The notes below the pieces were generated by a model. That model was given only the letters and a program-made list of their open reading frames with translations. It did no database searches and was not told the DNA's origin. DNA of 61,472 nt, the filler included, from Sluysia triapertura (Eukaryota), in assembly GCA_046118255.1 (NCBI GenBank). It is 5 parts of 5 records of this genome, joined end to end, with 100 filler letters (N's around TTAATTAATTAA, not from the genome) between each part and the next. Parts side by side here need not be neighbours in the genome. Positions count along the whole stretch, not along the records: positions 39,001 to 50,020 come from JBJNIA010190064.1; positions 50,121 to 61,472 come from JBJNIA010185624.1; 3 more parts are not named here. One strand, 5' to 3'. Below are positions 39,001 through 51,180 of this stretch, piece by piece. A program made the position numbers and the translations under genes. Numbering within the stretch: the stretch's first letter is position 1; each line of letters starts with the position of its first letter.

Positions 39001-41973
39001 AAGTTATTTTTAATCTAAAATTTAATTATTAATAATTTAAACAATTAAATAATTTTCTACTTTTTACATATGAAGACTTCTTTTTGAAATATTTAGCAAA
39101 ATATAATTAATAATATATTAATTATATAAAATAAAAAGAAGGTTTAAATGAAACTTTCAATTATTTAAATCAAAATTTTTAAATACATTTTATATACTAT
39201 CTTAATTAACATTTTTTTTCTAACAAACCAAATTTTTAATTAAATTTCCATTTTGATTTCATCTAATTTAATAAAAAATAATCAATAAGAAAATTTAATT
39301 TTAAAAGCCATTCTGACAAGCCAAAAAAATCAATAAAAGAGAAATGTGTCTGACTGAATAAATAAATAAAATAAATTAATTAAATTTAATTTTTAAGTGT
39401 TTTTAATTTTGTTTTAAATATTTATAAATAAGTTATTTATTTTTGATATTTGGTATTCTAAAAATTAACATTTGATTAATGTTTAATATTAAATATTTAT
39501 TTTCATTTTACAAAACATTTAAATTTAATATTTTAATAATAATAATAATATTTTATCAAGTTATTAAATGATATTTCGAATCTGTGTTAAATATTTTATT
39601 TAAATAGGAATATAAACTGAATTTTAAATAATCAATAAAGAAAATACAAAAAGCAAAAGAAATAATAACTGAATTGATAAAATAGTTTGAGAATAAATAT
39701 GAGAAAATCAATGATTTTATAATTTTCAGAAATAATTGCAGCTACAATGCTAAAGAAAATGAATTATCGTTATATAATAGACAAAATAAAAGATGCTACA
39801 TAGATTCAACAATGAATATTGAAGAAAATATTAATTGTAAATAATAATCAAAGAGAATACAAAATATTAAAACAATTTGTTAATAAAAAGATAAACAAAA
39901 TTAATAATAACAAAATATATAGAATAATTTCCAAATCAGGAAGGTATTTTATGCATTATTACATCACGAAAGTCTTCCAGGTGTTTTGAAGATAATAAAC
40001 AATGTGGAAACCAAAATAAATGTCTTTAAGATGTAGAATACTGAAGATTTTAGAATAGGAATTACTTTTATTTCAACGAATAACACATTCTAGATTGTTT
40101 TGAGTACTTATTTAAAGCTACATAGATTAATTTATTATTATTATTATCATTATTATTATATAATTTTTTAATAATCAGTAAATAAAATTTAAGAAGCCAA
40201 ATAATCACTAAATAATAAAAAAATAAAACTTAATTTGTATTACTTATTTGTATATTTTTTGTGGTTAAATTTTTGTTATAATAATTTAATACTTAATGAA
40301 CCGTTAAGTAATACAATAATTACTTTAATTGTATAGTTTTCATTAGGGAAAAATTAAAATAACTGATTTGAGTAAAAACAAGTTTATATGTAATTAGTAT
40401 ATATTATGAATTTATATTTGTTGTTGTTGTTGTTATGANNNNNNNNNNTTTCTCTAAACGAATAAATTGATACATAATTTGCATTAAAATATGTAAGCAA
40501 CGAAAAAAAGAAAGTAATTAATTAAAAATAACTTTATTTAATAATATAATGTATATAATTGTAAAAATATAAATTTAATTTACAAAATAGAAAAATATCA
40601 TATTCAATTAATAGATTATTTTAATAATAATAATAATAACAATATTCAAATAATAGATTGTAACACAATATCAAAAAACATTATACCAAGCAATTACAAG
40701 CAATTAATGAAAATTTTATAAAACAAAATTTGTTTATTGTGGTCTCCAAATATTCAAATTTTCATTGGTATATTATGCACTCGGTTGTGTGTATTAGTCT
40801 TTTATTAGTTGTTTTACTATAAAAATACTTAATAATTCATTTTCTTTTAGTTCAGCACAAAAACTGTTTTAACTAACAAAGTAGAAACTACAGATAAAAA
40901 GTGTGTTTAAGTATAGTAAGTACATAAAATAACCAATCAGAAATACATTAATATAAAAACACTAAGAGAAGAACAGTAATGCATTCTTATACTGTTCTAC
41001 TTATGCCTCGTCAAATAAGTATTAGATTTATGATATACACATATAATGTTATTTAATATAAAAGTTTTGATGTTTTGTTTATTTAAATATTTTATGCAAA
41101 AAATAAAGTGCTATATATAAATATATACTATGTAAATGCTTCTATTTACATAACTCATACTTAAAATTGATCTACAACAGATAATCAATCTTATCATACT
41201 TGTCATTATTGATTTATTGGTAAAAAGACATTAAATGATATATAACGATGATTATACAAATGAAAGTAATTAAAATAAATATAACTATTTTAATAATAAA
41301 TATTAACATTAATATAAACAAATTAAATTATTCTTTTAAATTTAGATATTAAATAAAATTTTCAATATTTAAATTTAACAAAGTTTTATTCAACAAACAT
41401 AATTATGTATAATAAAAGTTTTATTTTTATTATTTTATAGTTGTATTTTTTCTATAGTTCTGTATCGTGTAGATTTGTTATTTGTGGAGGAGGTGGTATT
41501 AAAATAATTTATAATCTTAACTGGCTTTAATCAGAAATGCATTAAATTCTGATAAAACTATTGCATAAAACTATTCATAATGTACAGTTATCATGAGCTA
41601 TAGTTATTGTTATCATAAATTCAATTGTAATAATAATTCTTATAATATTATCGCAATAACATCAACATCATCATATTAAAATATGTCTATTAAAAATTTA
41701 ATTCTATTATTGTTATCATTATGATTTCTGTTATTTTCACAATTAATCTTCTTTTTATTCTTTTTGTGAAATTGTATATATTTACGTATGTGTTATCCAC
41801 ATTTTATTGTTTCTAACTATTTTTCTTCAACTCTCTAGTGTTTAAATTATTGAATATATTATTCATGTAGAATGATAACCAAATTACTACCATTATTACA
41901 ATTTATTAATTAATACTACTGCTAATATAGCTCCACCATCTCACCATCTTTATGAGTGCTATTAGCATAAATC

Positions 41974-42037
<64 letters not shown>
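41974..42037. repeat. (ATT)n microsatellite
   Basis: Direct reading. Confidence 0.95.
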
Positions 42038-42038
<1 letters not shown>

Positions 42039-42814
42039 TATTTCACTTAAAATAATTTGCTTAAAATTATTTGCTTAAAATAATAAGTAGTTAAAATTTA
42101 ATTAAAAATATGTGATTGTTATTATTACTACCACATCCACAACTACTACTATTCTACTTACTACTAGCACTGCTGCTAAAGTTATTACTACTACTGCGGC
42201 TGTCACGATATTACCTGAAATTATAAAATGTTATAAAATTAAAATAATTAATAGTAATTAAAAAATTTCCTAAGATAAAAAAATCGTTGGTTCAAAAATT
42301 ACATGGTAATCATAACTATTAAGTTTTCTCTTTATGGCTTGCCCGGGAATTATAAATGTTATAATTTGGTTATTATTGGTAGTACTTTTAGCTCGACCTC
42401 TAGCTACATTTTAGCTGTAATTTATGTGTTTTTATTACCACTTGCAACGTGTATACACCACTGAAAGAAATTAACGATGCTTTATTAAAATTTATTCAAC
42501 TTCATTATGATTGGTCGCAAAAACATGTATCTAAGGAGTTGGGACCGAACGATATAAATTCAGGAACATTATACATTGTGATATTGGTAATTTTTATGTT
42601 TTTATTCTTGTTCTATAATAAAAGTTTCCCAAATTTTGTTGGTTTAATTTTTATAAAATTCAGTTTTGTTTTAAAAGACATAAAGCCTGTTTTGTTTCAA
42701 AAGTTATTAAAATTTAAAATTTTAATGTTTTAAATAATTTGTTGATAAAGTTATTTAAAGTTTTAAATGGTGAATAAAAAAGTGTGAATAAAAAAGAATG
42801 TAGTGAGCTCACTA

Positions 42815-42845
42815 ACGTACTAGTCCTACAAGTAAGGGCTAGCCG
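42815..42845 (+). repeat. Family B-like core hairpin
   Basis: CTAGTC-CTA-CAAG-TAA-G-GGCTAG. Confidence 0.4.
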
Positions 42846-43267
42846 TTGGGTTTTTAAAATCTTAATACTAAAAGAGGTTAATGTTTGCTAATTTCTTCGA
42901 CTAAAAAAGTTTCTTGATAATTTTGCAAGTATGTTTATAGGTGATTTTTATTTGATTCCTAAAATGAACCAAAATTGAGAAAAGATTTTAATATGGTTCT
43001 TAAAAACCATAAAAACGATTTTTAACTAGCTATCGTTAAATTTACTGGTTATAAAATAATAAGGTTTTAAGTTAATAAGGAGTTATATTAATACAATAAC
43101 AAGCAGTAAAATGAGGATAAAATATAATAATTTACAAGATTATTAAAATAATCTTAATAGATATATTTTAAACAATATTAGATTAAACAATCTAATTAGA
43201 AGATGAAGAAAGTTTTTGTTGCGTGAAGAAGAAAATTCATGCAATGTATTAGAAACTGCAGATTGAT

Positions 43268-44059
43268 TTAAAGTTTTATCGACATACGGAAAAATGAAGG
43301 ATCCCTAGACACAATAACGTCATACGAAGCTACTAAATCCTTCACCATTTGTTGACATGTCACCTGTGGAGGTAAATGAGATAACAATTTCATCCCTTTC
43401 CTAGCTTTAGAAATCGGGTTTAACGAAGTTTGAACTATTAATACATATCAAATTAATAATCCCCTTCAACCAGCCGTATGGAATATGCAGTGTCTTAATT
43501 ATTATTTCTGGAAAAGGCGACACTAGAATCTTATTATAGAGAGCAGCTAACCTAAAGTCGCGAATCTGAGACGAATCTTTGCTTCCTTGACATGCTCTTC
43601 TTTCATTCAATGATCGAATGAATTCGAATTCTTGGTCGTAATAATGCTTTTCCATGGAATAGTTTCATGATGCTTATCACCAAAATCCAATGCAAGTTGC
43701 TCTGAGACAAAGATATGTTCCCCTTTATGTGTCATAAATGTTTGTATGTCGTGCGGGTATGTAACTTTCTTGCCAATTGTATATATTAATTTCGTCCCTA
43801 TGATACATAAAGGGCACTTCTTGTAGTCCAGTGGTTTTTCGGATTTTGCCAATAACACTGCGAATGTGGTTGGAAATTCATTTTCCTCGATCTGTATGAT
43901 GAAGTTAAGTGTTATTTTAGTGATGAATAATGAAGAAAAGCCCTGGATTCGAGATAATATAAGAATCCCAGCTATAATAAGTGTAATTTTCAAGGTACCT
44001 CTTGCTGCTGCGATTATAACGGGTTTATCGTTTATGGAAAAGGCCTTCAAAGAATTCAC
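43268..44059 (-). pseudogene. Second DEDDh-like pseudo-exonuclease ORF (frameshifted), homolog of 21361..22302
   Basis: SKDSSQIRDFRLAALYNKILVSPFPEIIIKTLHIPYGWLKGIINL aligns with AKDIDEVRPQIIGILRNKILVALNPQFLIEALDIRFELLRGIINL. After a frameshift, ISKARKGMKLLSHLPPQVTCQQMVKDLVASYDVIVSRDPSF aligns with ICRARETLRLIFSICSMFICRQMATELVTLLDYIRERDLQF. Confidence 0.65.
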
Positions 44060-44829
44060 AATTAGAGGTAAATAATATTTTAATAATATTTTAAAATTAA
44101 TTAAATGGTTAGTTTAAATACTACAGTTATGATTCAAATTATGTACATGGATTAAAACTGCGAAAAGTTATGAACAATAATTTTTAAAGTTAGGTTACCG
44201 GTTGGACAGAAAACAACCGTCAACATCGATCACTCGTAACTTTTATATTATTCATTTCTACACTTTAATTCAATTCTACGAGGTGACCCTAAATATATTT
44301 TTATGGCCTTAGTCAGAAGACTGACTGTAAGCAAAGCATAAAGAGTGAATGTAACAAATCAAAGATAAATGCTGATTTCAAATACTTCTTTTAAGTCATT
44401 ATTGTGTTTTGAAAAATTAAGGTTAGTAAAGCTTATTTTAGGTTTATTTGGTATTTTATTTATCTTAATAATATTTTCAGTTATTATCTATTTAATTACA
44501 TCATTAGTATTTAGCTTATTATTTACAGTTTAACAGGTTATAATCCACTACATTATAGTTTTATATGGCGTTACTAAAATAGGACACCAGTGATTTAAAC
44601 AACATCTAATAGATAGACTGAACAACTTCTTATCTATTTCTTTAGCAATTACTATTATCTGGTCCGTTTTAGCTTGGATAGATAATTGTATATCGCTCTA
44701 GAAAGTTTTCTTACTTAGCTTATTTGTTGCTATTTTCAGTGAATAAGTGATAGTTATACAAGTTAAACTGATGGCATTTGTATTCCATTATAATGTGTAG
44801 GTATTATTAGGTCGTATCATATTAATACA

Positions 44830-45993
44830 ATGGAGATGGCATTATTGGAGGTAATGGTGGTCCTGGAGAAGCAGAAAATCCATTAATTCTTGGAATAGAA
44901 TAATGATTATAATCGTCGTTATTTGAAAAAGACTTGATATACTTGCACTTATTCATAATAATAATCATCAACAAGGTTATGATTAATGCAATAATAAATA
45001 GTGTTGCAACAATTATTTAAATAGTTATTGACGGATCTCTTTTTAGTGTATCCATAGTCGTAGATTCATTCTCATTTCCTTGTATTGCAAAGTGGAGTTG
45101 TTTAATAATTTTAGCTTGATTTTTATAAATATTATTATGTCTATCCTCAGAAAGTAAGTAATGTTTACATATTGTCACCGGATATTCTGTATTCGGTATA
45201 ACATGTTTATATAGTTCCCATATACTAAAATTAAGTCTTGCTGGACTAATATATATTTAATGTGCTTTAATATTGGTTTTCGTCATTTTAATTTGTATTT
45301 ACATATCAAAATTGTAGAAGTCAAAATATTTTGATTAGTAAATTCTTTGCGATGAGACCGTAATTGAAATCAATATTATTAAAATGAATAACATTATGTT
45401 TTGCTGCATATTATTAACTCTCGGTTGCAGGTAATTATGTAATAAATAGTGAATAGCATATACATTATAGTAAATATTAAATGTTCTATTATAAAAGCAT
45501 TTTGTATTTACAATTTATTTTTCTTAAAATTATCGAATTAAATGTTGCTCAATTTAGTAGAGATAATGATTATTTTATTTGTTACGGTTGTTGATGGTTG
45601 CTTTACTGATTGAGACATATTGCTTATTATTAAAGATATCCATTAAATTCATAGTTATTGAATTATTATGACATGAAAAACCTATTATTGTAGTAAAGTG
45701 AATTGAATGTTCTTTTTTAAAATATTATCCATGATTGAAGGTTTCTTTACTGATAATAGTTCAAAATATATGCAATACATAACCAAGTTATAGTTAGGAA
45801 TCTCATTTTTGTTGTCAATTTCAACTGTCCAAAGTCGATTAAAAGTATTTGATAAGAAAATTTCTTGTTTAGTGTCAGTATATTCTGTTAAATTTGTTGG
45901 ATATGATGTTACCATTGTTATCAATTGAATAAGTAATAATACATAAGGTGTTATGTAAAGAAATTTAATCCTATGAATTTCTCTTATAAACAT
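44830..45993 (-). pseudogene. Decayed type-I membrane protein / env-like ORF
   Basis: N-terminal hydrophobic signal-like segment (FLYITPYVLLLIQLITMVTS), a broken middle region, a C-terminal TM segment (IIVATLFIIALIITLLMIIIM) and a short Pro-rich tail. Lies directly upstream of the 43.3-44.1 kb exonuclease-like ORF on the same strand. Confidence 0.35.
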
Positions 45994-46662
45994 TATACTA
46001 CTGTCGTTATTATTATTACTGCTATAAGTTTTTATGCCGGATGAAGCTGAAGTTATTGTTGAATCCCACTTGTGGTGATTCAGCCGACGACTACGTTAAC
46101 ATCGTATAAATCATATAACCAATAACACAGAAACCTCATCACAAAAATACATAGTAAAATGTCTTGCCTATATATCCATAACACCGCATTATTCATCGTT
46201 CTTTCAATATTACAAAATTATAGATTCCTAATAAGATATGTCTTATTAACATTTCAGATCAAAACTTTACAACTATAAACATGATACTCGCTGTCATCAT
46301 TATAGCTCAACGTTTCCTCCTATCTCACAATTGTCCATTTTATACTTTTTCATTTTTATGAGTGTACCATTGTGGCATTTTATATTTATAATAGTTATTA
46401 AATATTTATTTGAATATAACGCAATTGGATTTACAATGCATTGAATTTATAATGAGCGTAATTTCGATGAAAGCATTAAATGCTAATAAGTTTTCAATCA
46501 TATCAACATTAATATTATAAAAAGGAATACATTTAGAATAAATTTATAATACTCATTTCAAAAATACCAATTTTAAGTAGTAATTAGTATTTTAATACTA
46601 ATTTAAATTTTAAAATATTAAATATTAAAATTTACATTAATTATATCCGAAAATTTTAAATT

Positions 46663-47251
46663 TTGTTTTATACAAATCAAAATAGTAAATCAAGTGTTAT
46701 TTTAATTAAGAACTCGATCGAGTTACAAGTTCGAATCGTTTATGATCCGAATATCATAAGTAACAGTAGTCATGACTATGCTGCGCTACTACTCGTAGAC
46801 AACGAACTAGTGGCACCTATGAATGGTACATGTATGAAGGCGGTTGTACAGTCATCAAGGCAATATTTGCCAATTTTTACAAAAAACTTATGCTCTATTA
46901 ACAAATTTTGTTATAAAACTGACCTTCCATTATAATTATCCAGTCTGCCTTTTTAGTTTTTATAGTTTTTATAGTATTACATCTCATTTTAAATTACTTG
47001 ATAAAGAGCGTATAGCATGTCATGTTATAAAGATCTACTTAGATGTGTTAAACTCGTTTTTAAAGAAATTGATCAGTAGGTTAGCTCTATTCAGAATCAG
47101 GAAACTAATAATTAGAACCAGTTGTCCTGAACTATATATCGCTCGAGACATTACCTGCGCAAGGAACCTAAGAGACGCTGCAACATCATCTCTTACCGTA
47201 CTATTAGACAATTTAGTTAGTTTAATTACTGCTATGATGGAAACGTTGTAA
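46663..47251 (+). pseudogene. Divergent DEDDh-like pseudo-exonuclease family member (frameshifted)
   Basis: KLLDKERIACHVIKIYLDVL resembles the ExoII segment (K.L.G.ILVGH.I.ND...L). PELYIARDITCAR has the same spacing as PVCRVARDVADFR in the 15.6 kb copy. Confidence 0.4.
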
Positions 47252-47619
47252 TGTTTTGTTTTAAAAGTGATTTATGATCAAACATGTATGTGCCTTCCTT
47301 TTATGTCTTTAAAATTAATAAAATGTTCCTTAGTTATTTATATTTGCTTTTGCTAATGATAATTGTAATAATAAAATTTTTACGTGCCTTAAGCACTCAT
47401 TTCATAATCATATTTTTAATTATGTAAATAAAGATAATAAACTTTATAATAAGTTTAATATGGTGAATACAAATAACAATAATACAATCATATTCACAAT
47501 ACCAATCAAGATTTTCCAAATTTGAAGTTGGTGTTGATGGTCTTGATGGAATTAACGGCAAAATTTGATAATGGTGGCATTGCTCTTTTTTAATGGTGGT
47601 AATACTATTTGCGGTAAGA

Positions 47620-47960
47620 CGATGTGTGCTCCAATGGTATCTTAAGAAATCCTAATCTTCCATGAACTACAACGGTTTCTAGTTTACTTAATATGTCCAT
47701 TCCTATTATAACTTCATTATGGCATCAGTCCCATATCCATATTGTTACAAATAAGCCCACATCTAAAATTCTTAATTGACATTGTATGATTCCATTGAAT
47801 TCAATATTTGAGCCATTTAATGTAAATAATCGTATACCAGCTTGTGCAACATAGTAATTTCCAATGCATTTAATGTATTATAATTAATAATGGTATTATT
47901 TGCTCCAGTGTCTATGACTGACCTTACTAACCTTTGATTAAATTTAATACTTTGTACTAA
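47620..47960 (-). mobile_element. Retropepsin remnant
   Basis: Minus strand reads IKFNQRLVRSVIDTGANNTII. Confidence 0.65.
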
Positions 47961-48139
47961 ATGATTTTGTATATGAAAATAAGATGTTATACTTATTTGT
48001 TGTACTTATTGGTTTATCTGTTAATGATTTAGATGGCGTATTTATTGATTTAAATTAAATTCGTTATTTGATGATAAATTACAACGATTCAGCATTCATA
48101 TCATTTGGTTTTCTAATATATAAATTATATTACTTTTTC

Positions 48140-48345
48140 ATTACTTTATATGGTCAATTTTTATGCAATTTTGGTATTGGGTAAAACCTTATCTTCTATT
48201 TTGAAATTATGTTCATTATGCAATTGTTTGTCATAACTGTCTTTATACGTTTTCTGAGTATAAGGTATTTGCAATCCAGCACGTTTCCATGCATCTTGTA
48301 GATTTCCCATCATAATGGTAGCATATTCTGGAGTCTCCAAGTACT
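48140..48345 (-). mobile_element. Gypsy integrase C-terminal region remnant
   Basis: PEYATIMMGNLQDAWKRAGLQIPYTQKTYKDSYDK...FKIEDKVL...KL, the typical post-core integrase helix and F.xGD.V motif. Confidence 0.65.
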
Positions 48346-48820
48346 GTGATGAAATTGAAATCGAATTCATAGCAAGATGTACTGAATTTCTACATATTAC
48401 CCAAATTTTTCGAGAATAATGCAATATACTTGTATTGCATACATTAAAAACAAAATTTCGGTAAATTAGCAATTCATGTATATAAATAAAATGGAATGGA
48501 AAATAACGCAAGATTTTATTTATTTAAAATAATTTGAAACGCAATAAGTTTGTGGATAAAATAATACTATAATATGAGATCAGCGTTAGAAATATTTATT
48601 TTAATAGATTGAAAACTCTACTTTAAATATATAATGATCAATCATTTTTTGAATTCCATTCCATATTACTTCTACAGTTAACTTAAATTATAGCGTCAAT
48701 TTCTTTTTTAAGTGATTTTAATTTCGCAGCTTCAGTTACTGTGTTTCACTTATTTCATTAATGTCGTAATATGATCGAAATTTCGATATTTAGATTTGAC
48801 ATTTACGACACTACCGTAAA

Positions 48821-48822
<2 letters not shown>

Positions 48823-48863
<41 letters not shown>
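48823..48863. repeat. (AAT)n microsatellite
   Basis: Direct reading. Confidence 0.95.
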
Positions 48864-50020
48864 TGAATATTTAAACAATTCTTTTTAATTTAGTACCAAA
48901 ATTGTATTTATTTTATAATTTTGACTTATGACTCAAGCTAATTAATTTAAAAACAATTAAAACAATTAATGCAAATTATAAAACATTAAACTTGTTTAAA
49001 CTAATAATTACAATTTCAGATCTTTTAAATTTCAAAAGAAAAATAATTGAAGTAAAAATATTTTCAAAATCAAAGAATAATTTCAGTGCAATTAATTGTT
49101 ATTTAATACTATTTGAATGTGAAATTAATTCATTAAGATGTGATTTATTAGGATTTTTAAATCAAACCCAGTTTTTATTTAATGGAGTTTTACATATGCT
49201 TATTTTGCGACGTTTGTTGAGATACTTATTTATCGTGTAATTACAACATTATCTTATACTCTGCATTATAATTCAAAATCATGATACTAACTTATACATT
49301 ATTAAGTTAGAAAGTTTGGGATAACGCCTACCTGAACATAAGTTGGTATACATGGAAGTCGGATCTTCCTTAAGTCATGAAAACTTGACAATGCTAAAAT
49401 TGTATGAGTACTTCTTATATTTCTTTGTAAAATATTATAGCATTTACATGTAATGGATGCAATGTGTCTTCAGAAAGATTTGATTCAATTAATTTATAAT
49501 ATGTTTTAATTTTTTAAATTCATCATTTTTATAATAGCATTTGTAAAATATTAGTTATGCCTCACCACTGAAGTTATTCGTTTCTAAACAACAAGCACTT
49601 AATTACCGTAATCTTTAATTTTGATAATTTATCTAGGCACAATTTTTAATTTTGTTTGACAAATCAAACTTATAATATTCATGATACAAAAATTAAAAAG
49701 AATTAATAATAATAAAACTAAATTTTTTATCCAAATGCTTTATTAAAAGAGTAATAAAAATATAAATTTCTTTTCAATTTAATTAGATTAACTTGTTGTA
49801 AAATATGTAACTATGTATTTAATTTTCAATACAACAATGCAGCAGTTCTAAACAAAGACAAAACAATAATAAAAATAATTAAAATAAAAATTCTGCATCG
49901 TTAAATTAATAGGTAAAATTAATTATTTTAATCTGTCTTAATAATTTAATTTAACCTTTATCGTACGAATGGTTAATATATTAACCACTGTTTGTACTCG
50001 TTGTTTGCCGAATTATAGGA

Positions 50021-50120
50021 NNNNNNNNNNNNNNNNNNNNNNNNNNNNNNNNNNNNNNNNNNNNTTAATTAATTAANNNNNNNNNNNNNNNNNNNNNNNN
50101 NNNNNNNNNNNNNNNNNNNN
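50021..50120. other. Assembly gap with artificial six-frame stop linker
   Basis: N44-TTAATTAATTAA-N44. Confidence 0.95.
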
Positions 50121-50615
50121 AAAATTCTTTATTTCCTAAAACGTAATGTAAATTTGTCTTAATTGTTCTCGCTTGCGAAACAGTAATATTAAATTCCCTG
50201 GATATTCTTTTATATCCCCACCTTGGATTTTCTTTTATTTTTTCTGCTACTTCTTTCTTTGCTTTCATTGTAAGTTTCTTTCCAGATTCTTCCATGGGTG
50301 CGCTAAAATTTTAATTAATAAGCAAATTAACAAGCCAACTAATAAGCAACTTACCGTATATTTCTTAAAATTTCAAAAAAGGTGCGGTAAGTTTTAAAGG
50401 TGCGATAATTATTAAAACAAAATTTAATTCAAAGGTGTTATTAATATATTAAAAAATATAGAGAGAGAATAATAGAATCAATAATTTAAGTTTTTGTGTT
50501 GATTTTAACTTATTTTACACTAGAATTCTGATTTTATTTTAAATTTTTACATAGGGTGCGATAATATTTTAAGTTTTTTAGTTATTTTAGGGTGCAAAAA
50601 TGTCGCATCCCACTG
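50121..50615 (-). mobile_element. pogo/Tigger-like DNA transposon 5' end (TIR + HTH N-terminus), truncated by gap
   Basis: TA|CAGTGGGATGCGACATTTTTGCACCC terminus at 50615-50590, and ORF MEESGKKLTMKAKKEVAEKIKENPRWGYKRISREFNITVSQARTIK (CENP-B/psq-type HTH). Confidence 0.7.
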
Positions 50616-50819
50616 TATATCATAACCTGGTGTTTCATAAAATTTATAATATAATTATTTAAATTTTCTTAGTTCCATCTTTTATTTATTGAGTCATAAT
50701 AAAGAAGGGGTTGAAAGTGGAAAATAAAGCTATACAATATAGAGGATAAGAATAAATTGTTAGACAAGATTATAATTGTGCAGAATCGATTGAATATTTT
50801 TTAAGTTAGCATTTTCATT

Positions 50820-51180
50820 CCAAATACCCGGGACGAGTATTTGAATTCGCACTTCCAGATATTCCTTGTAAAGTAACGTAAAATCCTCTAAATAAAATTT
50901 TAGAGGCCAGAGTAGACAAAGTTAACTAAAGGGCAGACCTATATATATGATACTCGTAAAGGTCGTTTGAGCATATTCATATATTTACAACTTATAAGTT
51001 TCATAAATATAAAGGATAGATATTACTTGCAGAGTAAGTTAATAGAGTAAATTTACATTAATAAAAGATTGTACCTTCAGATAAATTTAAGTGGTAATAT
51101 AAAGTAAAAACAATATTAAAAAAGTTTAGATTATTACCAGAGACTAAGAATTCATTTCAACACATTTCAAAATATTTGTA
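50820..51180 (+). repeat. Interspersed repeat (family C)
   Basis: See 10480-10740. Confidence 0.5.
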
